A stretch of DNA of 64,000 nucleotides from Lama guanicoe. Its lineage: Eukaryota. The notes under the pieces were generated by a model. That model saw only the letters and a list, made by a program, of their open reading frames with translations, had not been told where the DNA came from and did not search any database. The translations under genes were made by a program, and so were the position numbers. Shown piece after piece: positions 52,251-64,000 of the stretch. The DNA lies in assembly GCA_013239625.1 (NCBI GenBank), contig MU053559.1, positions 434,001 to 498,000 on the forward strand, read 5' to 3'. Position 1 is the stretch's first letter; the number at the start of each line of letters is the position of its first letter.

Positions 52251-53421
52251 TTCAATGATTTTTAATACATTTATAGAATCATACAATCATCATCACCATC
52301 CAGTTTCAGAACTTTCTCATCACTTCCAAAATTTCCCACAAGCCCACTTGTCATCACTCCCCACTCCCTACCCACCAGCCGTAGGCAACCACTGACCTTT
52401 TTGTCCCTATGGAGTTACCTTTTTCCAACATTTCATATAAATGGAATCATACAATATGTGGGCCTTTGTATCTGGCTTCTTTTGCCTGTTAATATAATGT
52501 TTTTGAGATTCATCCATGTTGTATGTAGCGTGTATCAGTATTTTGTTCCTTTTTATTGTTGATAGTAATTTTGTTTGGATATACCACATTCGGTTGATCC
52601 ATTCATTAGTAATAGAAATATAGATAGTTTCTAGATTTTGGTTATTACGAATAATGTTGCTATAAATATTCACATCCCAGTCTTTGTATGGACATGTTTT
52701 TATTCTCTTGAGTAGATTCCTAGGAGTGAAATTGTTGGGTTGTATGGTTAGTTTATCTGTAAGTTTTCAAGAAACCTGTCAAACCCCTTTCCAATGGCTG
52801 TACCATTATAAATTCCCACCAGCAATGGATGAGGATTCCAGTTTCTCCCCATCCTCCTCAACACTTGGTATTATCTGTCTTTCTGGTAATAGCCATTCTA
52901 AATGGTATATAGCGGCATCTTATTGGGGTTTTAATTTGTATTTCCCTAATGACTAATGGTGCTGAGTATCCTTTCATGTACTTATTAGCCATTCCTATAT
53001 CTTCTTTGGTGAAATGTATACTCAAATCTTTTGCCAATTTTTCAGTTGAGTTGTTTGTCTTTTTATCGAGTTTTAAGAGTTCTTTGTATTTTCCGGATAC
53101 AAGTCCATTATCAGATATGTGATTTGGAAATATTTTCTTCCAGTTTATTGTTTGCCTTTTCATGTTTCTTGAGAAAAATATATTTTTATTTTACAATATT
53201 CATTGGAAAAATACTGAATATACATCTATCTATATTAGATATTAGATATATATATATTATTACTGGTATAGATATATATTGTTACTGAAGATATACCAGT
53301 ATATATCAGTCCTTCAACAACGGTTATTCTGGGGTGATAGAAATTTTAGTTAGTGAACTTTTTACTCTTCATTTTAAATATTTCCGTAATTTTTAAATTC
53401 TTTCATTTTAATGGGCTTTTC

Positions 53422-53526
53422 AAAAAATATGGAATGCTTCACAAATTTGGGTGCCATCTTTGTGAAGGGGATATGCTATTCTCTGTATTGTTTCAATTTT
53501 AGTATGTGTGCTGCTGACGCAAGCAC
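53422..53526 (-). pseudogene. RNU6: U6 snRNA pseudogene, full length and diverged
   Basis: Reverse complement GTGCTTGCGTCAGCAGCACACATACTAAAATTGAAACAATACAGAGAA...AAATTTGTGAAGCATTCCATATTTTTT; embedded in an L1 with no PSE/TATA upstream. Confidence 0.93.
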
Positions 53527-53789
53527 TGTCTTCGTTTTCTTGGCGGTGTCTTTTGAAGTGCAAACATTTTAAATTTTATTGAAATCCAATATCAACTTAT
53601 TTTGGGGGGGGGTCAGGGAACAGAGGGATTTTTTATTTGTGGGAGCTTTATCCTAAGAAAGTAACTTAGACATCCATGATGTCCCAGGAAGAATATTTCA
53701 AGAATACTTCAAAGAATATTTTTTACTTTTCTCAGGACCAGTTGCATACTTAAATGCTAAAGTCCTAGGCTGCAGCATTTGGTAACATT

Positions 53790-54322
53790 CTTTTTTTGTA
53801 AACATTTTTTTTACTGAGTTATAGTCATTTTACAATGTTGTGTCAAATTCCAGGGTAGAGCACAATTTTTCAGTTATACATGAACATATATATATTCATT
53901 GTCACATTTTTTTTCTCTGTGAGCTACCACAAGATCTTGTATATATTTCCCTGTGCTATGCAGTATAATCTTGTTTACCTATTCTACATATGCCTGTCAG
54001 TATCGACAAATTTTGAACTCCCAGTCTATCCCTTCCCACCCTGCTCCCCCTTGGCAACCAAAAGTTTGTATTCTATGTCTATGAGTCTGTTTCTGTTTTG
54101 TATTTATGTTTTTTTTTTTAGATTCTACATATGAGCAATCTCATGTGGTATTTTTCTTTCTCTTTCTGGCTTGCTTCACTTAGAATGACATTCTCCAGGG
54201 ACATCCATGTTGCTGCAAATGGTGTTATGTTGTCATTTTTATGGCTGAATAATATTCCATTGTATAAATATACCACCTCTTCTTTATCCAGTCATCTGTT
54301 GATGGACATTTAGGCTGTTTCC
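53790..54322 (-). mobile_element. Young L1 3' end nested in the old L1
   Basis: High similarity to the copy at 58832-59235; L1 3' UTR motifs. Confidence 0.85.
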
Positions 54323-54417
54323 GTCAACTTTTTTCTTTTATTAGTTATTTGGTATCTTTAAAAATTTTTTTCCCTCCAGTTTTATTGAAATATAATTGAC
54401 ATGCAGCACTGTATACA

Positions 54418-54550
54418 TTTTTTTTTCTTTTTTGCCAGGAGGAGGTAATTAGGTTTTTTTACTTATATTTTTTAATGGAGCTACTGAGACTTGAACCCAG
54501 GGCCTCATGCTGGCTAGGCATGCACTCTACCACTGAGCTATCCCCTCCGC
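54418..54550 (-). mobile_element. Vic-1-like SINE
   Basis: tRNA-Ala head on the minus strand. Confidence 0.85.
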
Positions 54551-55088
54551 CTTCTTTGGTGTCTTTTTGAAGAACTCTTTACCTAACCTCAAGGTTGCAA
54601 AGATTTTCTCTTATGTTTTCTTCTAAACATTTTATAGTTTTAGCTATAGGTCTAGGCTCTATTTTGAGTTAATTTTTGTGTATGGTGTGAGATAACAGCC
54701 TAAATTTACTTTTTCCATATGGATATCCAATTGTCCCAGGACCATTTGTTGGAAAGACTGTCTTTTCCCTATTGAATTATCTTAGTACTCTGTCGAAATC
54801 AATTGACCATAAATGTAGGGGTTATTTCTAGACTCTCAATTTGATTACATTGATCTATATGACTATTTTTGTGCAGATACCACCCTGTCATGATTAACTT
54901 TTGAAATTGGGTAGTAGAAGCTTTGTTCTTTTTCAAAATTGTTTTGGCTATTCTAGGTCATTTGCATTTCCATATAAATTTTAGGTTTAGCTTGTCAATA
55001 CCTACAACAAAGCCCTCCAGGATTTTCTTAGAGATTTCATTGTAATTATAGAACAATTTTGGGAGAATTACCATCTTAACAATATTGA

Positions 55089-55230
55089 GGGGGGAGGGTA
55101 TATCTCAGTGATAGAACACGTGCTTAGCATGCAAGAGGTCCTGGGTTCAATCCCCAGTACCTCCTCTAAAAATAAAAAAACCCACTCCCCCCCAAAAAAA
55201 GATAAAAGAAACAAAAAATAATTTCTAAAA
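55089..55230 (+). mobile_element. Vic-1-like SINE
   Basis: tRNA-Ala head and A-rich tail. Confidence 0.87.
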
Positions 55231-55892
55231 TATATATATAGAGAGAGGGTCTCCTATGAATGTGAATTGTTTGTCCATTTATTTAGACCTTCTTTAATTT
55301 CTCGCAGCAATGATTTAAGTTTTTAGCACACAAATCTTGAGTTTCCTTTGTTAAATTCATTCTTAAGTATTTTATGCTTTTAGTTACAATTGTCAATGCA
55401 GTTTTTTCCCCTTAATTTTACTTTTGGATTGCTCATTGCTAGCATGTTGAGCTGCAGTTGATTTTGTATCCTGAAACCTTGCTAAACTCACTTCTTAGTT
55501 CTAGTAGTTATTTTTTAAAGGATTCCTTAGGATCAGATTTTCTACATAGAGGATCATATTGCTTATGAATAAAGACATTTTTACTTCTTCTTTTCTAATA
55601 TACATGTCTTTATTTCCCCACCCCCGCCTTTTTTTGGCTGGTTGCATTTTTGGCTAGAATCTCCACTAAGAGCAGACATCCTCACCTTGTTCCTGACGCT
55701 AATGAAACTAACTTTTCCTTTACTTCCAATAAGAAGCTCTATGCAAAGATATTTTTTGATTATGCTTGAACAATCGCAAGGACTTACTTAAAAATATCTT
55801 TTTTCTTTTTTTTCTGGGGGCGGGTATTTTTATGTTGGTGTTATATAAATCATTTTAAGAATTGTGATTAGTGGTGTCCGCCAGCCACTTGA

Positions 55893-56475
<583 letters not shown>

Positions 56476-56645
56476 GACTAGATAAGGCAGGCACTGTACT
56501 GGCGCTGGGGGACAGTCCAGGGTTGTGGGGACAGAGGAGGGCCAGGGTGGCAGGAGATGGGGCAGTGGGGGGTGGTTTCTTGAAGATGACACTGGAAGAT
56601 TTTATAAAATATTTTTCGTGGGTGGGGGGACAGTAAACTTCCTGA

Positions 56646-56646
<1 letters not shown>

Positions 56647-56681
<35 letters not shown>

Positions 56682-56692
56682 ATATATATATA
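56647..56692. repeat. (CA)n(TA)n microsatellite
   Basis: Seen directly, in the UBALD2 pseudogene 3' UTR remnant. Confidence 0.95.
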
Positions 56693-56904
56693 TTAACTTG
56701 TCAGTAGGTTTTTGGGAGCTCGGCTTGATGGAGGAAACTCAGGCTGGAAAGATTAAACAAGCAGACTTCAGCCTGATGTACCCAGCCCATCTGTTTCGCC
56801 CTCCCATCACCACCTCCGGTCTGACCTGGGCATGTATGAACTCTCTTTGCACAAAGCAAAATGAAACGGCTGGGCTTCAGCCAGCGTGTAACAAAACATG
56901 TTGA

Positions 56905-57012
56905 GAGGGAGGGTATAGCTCAGTGGTAGGGTCTGCTTAGCATGCACAGAGGTCGTGGGTTCAATCCCCAGTACTATCATTAAAAAAAGTAATAAACCTA
57001 ATTACTCCCCCC
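56905..57012 (+). mobile_element. Vic-1-like SINE
   Basis: tRNA-Ala head and aaacctaattac tail. Confidence 0.85.
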
Positions 57013-57019
57013 AGAATAT

Positions 57020-60000
57020 TAAGAGCATAAAAGACAAGAAAACTACGTGATCATATAGATGCAGAAAAGGCATTTGACAAAATTCAGCTCCCTTTCATGA
57101 TTAAAAAGTCAACAAACTACCAATGGCAGTGAATTTCCTCAACCTGATAAAGGCATTTATAATATATATATATATATATGTCTGCAACTAATATCACAAT
57201 GGTGAAAGACTGAATGCATTCACCGTAAGATTGGGAAGAAGGCAAGGTTGTTCACTCTCACCTCTTGTACTAGACATAGTACTAGAAGTCTTCACTAGTG
57301 CAATTAGGCAAGAAAAAGGTAAAAGGCATACAGATTGGAAAGGAAGAAATTAAACTGTCCCTATTCACAGACGACAAGATTGTGCAGATACAGAGAACAA
57401 ACTAGTGATTACTAGGTGGGGGGGGAAGCAATTTAGGGACAAGGGATTTAGAGGTACAAACTATAATGTATAAAATAAGCTAGAAGGATATATCGTACAA
57501 CACGGAATATAGCCAGTATTTTATAATAACTATAATTGGTGTATATGCTTTAAAATTGTGAATCACTATGTTATGCACCTGTAACTTACATAATACTGTA
57601 TAGCAACTATACTTCAATGAAAGTTAAAAAAATTTTTTAAAGAAAGCTTCTCTATGTAGAAAATCTCAAGGAATCTACAAAAACAAAACAAAACAAAAAA
57701 CTTCTGAAACTCAGAAATAAGCTTAGCAAGGTCAACAAACAAAAATCAATCACACATCTATAAACCAGAAATGTACAATTAGAACCCCCCTCAAAATGTA
57801 CAACAGCGCCAACAAAAATGAAACAGTTATAAACCTAACAAAACACATACAGGAACTGTATGCTGAAAACTATAAAATATTGATGAAAGAAATCAACAAG
57901 AGCTCAATAAATGGAGAGGCATGCTGTGTGCAGTGACTGGAAGACTCAATGCAGAAAAGATGTCAGTTCTCCCCCAAATTGATCAAAATATTTAATTCAA
58001 TACCAATCAAAATCCCAGCAGGAGTTGGTGTGGATATAGACTGATTCTAAAATTTATATGGAAGGACAAAGGAACTAGAGTAGCTAAAAGAATTTTGAAA
58101 AGGAAGACTCAAGTTGGAGGAATCACACTACTCAATTTTAAGAATTTCGGTGAAACCATAGTATTCAGGACAGTGTGGTATTGGCAAAGGAACAGACACA
58201 AAGATCAATGGAGCAAAATAGAGTTTGGAAATATATTCACACAAATATTGACCTTTGATTTTTTGACAAAGTTGCAAAAGAAAGTCAATGGAAGCAGGAC
58301 AGTCTTTTCAAAAAGTGGTGTTGGAACAATTAGCAATCCATGTGCAAAAAAACAAGAATCTCGATGGAAACCTCAAACTTTATACAAAAATGAACAAAAG
58401 CAGATCATAGAGCTACATGTCAAACATAAAACTATCAAACTTTAGAAAGAAAACATGGGAGAAAATCTTTGCAACCAGGAATTAGGAGAAGAGTTCTTAG
58501 ACACGACACCCAACACATGAAATATAACTGAAAAATGATTAAATTCGACCTCACCAAAAGTAAAAATCTTTTGCTCTGTGAAAGACACTGTTAAAAGAAT
58601 GAAAAGAATGAAGCTACAGATTAGGAGAAAGTATTTGCAAATCATATATCAGATAAAGAACTTATATCCAGAATATGTAAAGGATTCTCAAAGCTCAATA
58701 ATAAAAAATCAAGACAGGGAGTGGGATGGTTGAGGGGATGGAGATGGCATGTAAGCTCAGTGGTACAGCGCATGCTTAGCATGCAGGAGGTCCTGGGTTC
58801 AGTCCCCAGCATTTCCAGTAAAAAAAACGCCAATTTTTTTAACATTTTTTATTGATTTATAATCATTTTACAATGTTGTGTCAAATTCCAGTGTTCAGCA
58901 CAATTTTTCAGTCATTCATGGACATATACACACTCATTGTCACATTTTTTTCTCTGTGATTTATCATAACATTTTGTGTATATTTCCCTGTGCTATACAG
59001 TGTAATCTTGTTTATCTATTCTACAATTTTGAAATCCCAGTCTATCCCTTCCCACCCTCTACCCCCCTGGTAACCACAAGTCTGTATTCTCTGTCCATGA
59101 GTCTATTTCTGTCCTGTATTTATGCTTTGTTTTTGTTTGTTTGTTTGTTTTTGTTTTTTAGATTCCACATATGAGCGATCTCATATGGTATTTTTCTTTC
59201 TCTTTCTGGCTTACTTCACTTAGAATGACATTCTCAAAAAACCCCCAATTTTTAAAATGGGGAGAAAATTTGAATAGATATGACACCAGAGGATATACAG
59301 TGGACTATGAACACATAAAAAGATGTTCAACATCACCATCATTAGGGAACTGCAGATTATCACCACCGTGAGATACACACATTCTAATGAGGACTGAAAT
59401 AATAATACTGACAACACCAAATGCTGGCAACGATGTGGAGAAACTAGATCACTCATACATTGCTGGTGGGAAAGCAAAATGACACAGCCACTCTGGAAAT
59501 GGTTTGCAGTTTCTTATGAAGTTAAATAAACACTTACCTCGTGACCCAGCAATTTCACTTCTAGGTATTTACCGTAGAGAAATGAAAAGTTACAGTCATA
59601 CAAAAACCTGTATGTGAATATTTATAGCGGCTCTAAGCATGATTTCCCAAAGCTGGAAACAATCCAAATATCCATGACTATATAAATGGATTAACCAACT
59701 GTGGTGCATCCTTATAATAGAATATTACTCCAAACCATTGATAGACAGCACAACGTGCAGAAATCTCAAGGTCATTATGAAAGAAACCTGGCTGAAAAGG
59801 TCGCATACTTTATGATTCCATTTATATGACATTCTGGAAAGGACAAAACTCTAGTGATGGGAACAGACCAGTGGTTTACAGCGGCTTGGGGGTAGGGGGC
59901 GGGGTGTATCTAGAAAGGGATGGTATGAAGGAGTTTGGGGAGGGGATGGAAATGTTCCAGATCCTGATTGTGGTGGTGTTCACACAAATATGTGGTAAAA

Positions 60001-60020
60001 GTCATAGAACTGTACAATAA
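57020..60020 (+). mobile_element. Old L1 ORF2 and 3' UTR with nested L1 ends (57385-57645 +, 58832-59235 -) and a SINE
   Basis: gatgcagaaaaggcatttgacaaaatt; ORF 58095..58445 TVWYWQRNRHKDQW. Confidence 0.85.
58745..58828 (+). mobile_element. Vic-1-like SINE
   Basis: agctcagtggtacagcgcatgcttagcatgcaggaggtcctgggttc. Confidence 0.82.
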
Positions 60021-60369
60021 AAGGATAAAAGTCCATTCTGTGGTATGATGATTGAAACAAAATAAAAGACACAACTCTTGCCCTGAAGAGTACACAGATC
60101 AGAGAGCTGGAGGTGTAGACGTATCCTACATTAAACAACACATCAGTCACTGATAGTGCTGTGAGGGCACAGAGCAAGGAGATTATCACTTGACGGGGGT
60201 AGGAATCAAAGAAGGCATCACAGACAACTAACACTTCTTTGATTAGTAGGCAGCTGTTGAATATATTTTCATGTGTATTATGGCCACGTGTGGTGGTTTT
60301 AAAAAAATGGTTTGTCATCCTTTGCCCATTTAAAAAATGTGAATATCCTTTTTTTCTTCAGTTTGTAAG

Positions 60370-60478
60370 CTTTTTTTAAATTTTATTTGTATTTTTTAGT
60401 GGAGGTACCGAGGATTGAACCCAGGACCTCCAGTATGCTAAGCATGTGCTCTACCACTGAGCTATAGCCTCACCCCTC
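60370..60478 (-). mobile_element. Vic-1-like SINE
   Basis: tRNA-Ala head on the minus strand. Confidence 0.85.
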
Positions 60479-60739
60479 TATACAAATTCTTTATGTATTG
60501 AAAGTATTAACTCTTTGGCTTTATTTCTGTCTATTTTTCCATTTACTTCCCTTTTATTTGTGTGTGTTGTAAATTTTGTGATAAACACAATTTTTTTTTG
60601 AGCAGCAAGAGGAGTAGATGTTTTTATTGATCTGGAACCCCTTATGGATCTTCACGTTGGGCAACCTGAAAGATGAGTGGACCGTTTCTTATTCATCCCA
60701 TGCCTCTCCCCAACCCCTCGCCCCACCCACCTCCTTCCC

Positions 60740-60990
60740 TGATTGGCTCCCAGTGGCAATGGCTGACAGAGGAGCGCCTTCACCCATCCTCTTAGTGATG
60801 CTGGGGCCCTCTCGCCACGGCATTCCTATCATTTTGGTAAATGGAAGCTCCCCTGGCCCCCTCAGGGGACGTGGTCATCCTGTGGGTTTTTCTGGGGGTT
60901 TTCCACTTTCACATTATATATCCACTCAGGCACACCCACTTCTTTGACCCTTCTTCCACCATCTGCTCCAGGAGTCCTGACATTTCTAGT
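60740..60990 (-). mobile_element. ERVL gag-like internal fragment
   Basis: Minus strand encodes frameshifted EWIYNVK...DHVP.GA...PFTKMIGN...RGAPASLR, similar to ERVL gag. Confidence 0.6.
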
Positions 60991-61057
60991 TCACTTAGAA
61001 TGAGGCTTTCTCCAGTCTTTACAGCTGGCAATGAAACTTCAGAAGTGCAAGGATTGA

Positions 61058-61277
61058 GGAAGGGATAAATTAGGATTTTGGGATTAGCAGATACAAACTA
61101 CTATATATAAAACAAACAACAGAGTCCTACTGTATAGCACAGGGAGCTATATTCAATATCCTGTAATAAACCATAATGGAAAAGAATATGAAAAAATATA
61201 TATGTGTATAACTGAATCACTTTGCTGTACATCTGACACTAACACAACATTGTAAATCAACTATACTTCAACAACAA
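61058..61277 (+). mobile_element. L1 3' end
   Basis: gggataaattagga...aactatacttca; TSD aagtgcaaggat(t/c)ga. Confidence 0.83.
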
Positions 61278-62343
61278 AAAAGTGCAAGGATCGAAAGAAA
61301 ATCTTAAAAAGGTAAAAGAAAAAAATCTAAAATTAAATTCATGAGAATAAGGATCAAAATGATAATCTCATTTCTCACTCGACTGGATGAAGGTAAGAGC
61401 TGTTTTTTCGCTGTTTCTCCTTGGATGTATGCAGTCTCTAAAACAGTGCCTGACACATAGTAGACACTCAATTAATACTTGTTATATGATTGATTAGAAT
61501 AGTAGCTTGAAAATAGCTTTAAACCTACATCTGCATCACTGCCCAGTTAATCCTCAAGAGTGAGTGTGGACAGAATGTAGTTATGATTGGACAAATAAGG
61601 ATGCTGTGATCAATGCTCATAGGCCCGAGGTGAAAAGTGTACCAAAGGATGTACTCCAGCTAACAGAAAAAAACAACCCAAAAGGGAGTAGTGGGATGCA
61701 AAGGTCAAAAGTGAGCAAAGAAATCGGTATAGAATGCTGGTACAGATAAACAAACATTGACTGTCAAAAAAGATAATAGTAATTACAAACTTTACAGTTC
61801 TGATAACTCTTGACAACAAGTCAGACATTAAATTACCAAAAATATTAACAGGACAGATGGGAGGAAGAATAGTGCCCTGGGATGCTGTTGAATCTGTTTT
61901 TGTTAAAGTGATATATCAGGCTTTTAGAAAGCAGACAATAGAAATACTAAATAACTCCAGTCATTGGTAGGAAAATGTAGGTTTCAGCTTGTTAAGAATT
62001 CTATATAAACATTAAAATAATAGGAATAGAAAATATAATTTCCAAGCTACTAAGGGGAAAAAAAGAATAACCCCCCCTAAATCAATCCAAGAAGTGAAAC
62101 AAATGTATATACATTGATATTTCATTGTAAAAATATTTATATCTATATATGAGTGACTAAAATGAAAGGTTATACTACTAATTAAATTAAACTGCTAATT
62201 GAATTGAAAAGTTATTAGGTCCGAGGACTAGGATTAGCCTGTTTAGGCCTTTATTATTTTGGATAATTTTTGGAATACAAATTTGAACACTGATCATAGC
62301 ACGACGATTGGAGAAATATTATATAAAACTCCAGAAAATGGTG

Positions 62344-62410
62344 GGGGGAAGCTTTAGCTCAAGCGGTAGAGTACATGCTTAGCATGCACGAGGTCCTGGG
62401 TTCAATCCCC
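62344..62410 (+). mobile_element. 3'-truncated Vic-1-like SINE or tRNA-Ala pseudogene
   Basis: tagctcaagcggtagagtacatgcttagcatgcacgaggtcctgggttcaatcccc; no tail. Confidence 0.78.
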
Positions 62411-62829
62411 ATGGAAATTTAGAAAGCTATAAATATGTAAAGTACAGAAATGAGAAACTATTCCTAGGAGGTTGGATTGATACTTGCCATTTATTTCTGC
62501 AACGTAGTTCCTTCTTTTCCAAAAATCTTGCAAGCAGCGTGGGTGACTTTTCTAATGATAAGAGAAAACACTATTTCTGGAATGAAAGTAAAGGAAATAG
62601 GAAGCAACAGAAGGCTATTTAATGGTATGTGAAAGGGTTCCAGTTTCAATATAAATGATAAAACCACAAGACAAAGCTTTATCCCGCCCCTCTGCCTAGA
62701 GCACACGCGTCCTGTGTGTGACCATTGTATGGTGCACACTGATGGATTGATGGAGACTATCTGACCTGTCCTTTGAGGACTTGCCCCAAATAGCTATTTC
62801 CCACTTAGCACACCTGGCCTAGAGCACGA

Positions 62830-62985
62830 GTGTTCATAATCCACTGGTGGGCTTGTTCAAACCCAGGCTGCTGGACCCCCATCCCCAGTTTTCTCATTCA
62901 GTGGGTCTGGGGTGGGGTCCGACAACGGACATTTCTAACACTTTCCCAGTGATGAGGCTGCATCCTCGCTTGGAAAACTACCGGC
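62830..62985. mobile_element. MER5A-like DNA transposon remnant
   Basis: ctggacccccatccccagttttctcattcagtgggtctggggtgggg...atttctaaca. Confidence 0.6.
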
Positions 62986-63544
62986 CTCGGATATGGGTCC
63001 GCAAACGGAGGACACCGGAGCCTGGCAGATGTGTGAGGCCCGGCACCTCAGGGCTGGGTGGCTAGGGACACCCCTGGCCTTTAGCCTCCGGGACCTCTTG
63101 ACAACTTGGGGAAATTGCGGGGAGCTAATGCTGGGTAACTAGCGCGGATTTACAAAGCCAGGGTCGTGGAGAAATGACATTCTCGAAATGATGTCTGATG
63201 AGAGTTTGCAGTTTAGACCTCAAATTTATTTCAGATTCAAAGGAGAAAGGTAAGCACCGCCGCAGCGAGCAGGTTTCCCGCAAACCTTGCGGTGGGCAGC
63301 TTCCTTCCCAGCAGCCATCAGGCTCCGAAGCGTTTTTTTCAGACACGAAAGGCGGGCGAAGAGGCTGCGTAGATGGGGGCGGGGTGAGGGCATGGAGGGC
63401 TTCTCGGCATTTCTGGAGCAACATTGCCATCAAGAGGAAAATCTAACAAAGCCTCAAGCCACGTGGGAAAACAGGGTGAGGCGGCACAATACCAGGCAGA
63501 AAGGAAAGCTTTGTTGGAGCAGAAAACCCAGAAGTCCTGAGTAA

Positions 63545-64000
63545 AGGATCCAGAAGCCGAGTGAAAGGTAGTCCCACTGATAGCAGGTGGGACGATTTGA
63601 TCGTCACCAAGGTTATGATTGCAATGGATGGAAATACATGAAAGAGAAACCTGTTTGAAATCCAAAAACTCGTGATGATACGAATGAAACTAGCTCATTG
63701 GTCACTGTGGGAGGATGCTTGGGAAACAAAGCTTGATATTGAAAACTGGTAAATACAGGGAAAGAATCAAGCGTTTATCCTGTTTTTCTTATATAAGGCG
63801 AAGAGTTGGCTGGGGAAGTTCTCCTTTATAGGTGTATTTGGGCTAATAAACGAAGAAGGAACGAGGGACTCAGAACATCCCATTTTGTCACTCCTTTGTG
63901 AATAAATGATCCAGGCACCGCCCATCGATGACCGATGACGTCACAAAAAGAGGGACAACAAATAGTATGTGCCTGACAATGAAGGCACAAAGCATCCATA
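63545..64000 (+). mobile_element. Ancient L1MC-like 3' region
   Basis: gaaagaatcaagcgtttatcctg...gctaataaacgaagaagg...tcacaaaaagagggacaac resembles the L1MC4/5 3' end as I recall it. Confidence 0.6.

Larger units (their letters stand above)
51935..55700 (-). mobile_element. Old L1 (L1MB-like) ORF2 and 3' UTR, fragmented by younger L1 ends, a U6 copy and SINEs
   Basis: ORF 52858..53163 MKRQTINWKKIFPNHISDNGLVS...IREIQIKT; continuous antisense L1 DNA. Confidence 0.85.

Noticed and set aside
53422..53526. Functional U6 gene
   Set aside because: Many substitutions, a small deletion and no upstream PSE/TATA; inserted in an L1

Overview
Mammalian genomic DNA, most likely camelid (camel/alpaca/llama), judged from about 19 tRNA-Ala-derived Vic-1-like SINE copies. 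It is syntenic with human Xp11.23. Two complete genes lie in tandem on the minus strand. SUV39H1 has 6 coding exons (13719->2689, 1239 nt, 412 aa) and WAS has 12 coding exons (25639->18803, 1512 nt, 503 aa). All introns are GT-AG and both frames are intact. Upstream of WAS (26-64 kb) I find no intact gene. That part holds a CpG-island promoter pointing at WAS (~30.5 kb), orphan CpG-rich patches, a UBALD2 processed pseudogene, a U6 pseudogene and dense L1/SINE/LTR/DNA-transposon debris. I see no convincing new biological system. The best leads are retrotransposition events still readable in the sequence: a young solo LTR with a 6-bp target-site duplication (TSD), a twin-primed L1, a likely 3' transduction, a U6 chimera and an L1-mobilised LTR tail. 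Also notable are a frameshifted homolog of the human alternative SUV39H1 first exon, recent tandem duplications, and several degenerate minisatellites in and around the two genes. Repeat family names and human protein comparisons come from memory, not from searches, and repeat boundaries are approximate.
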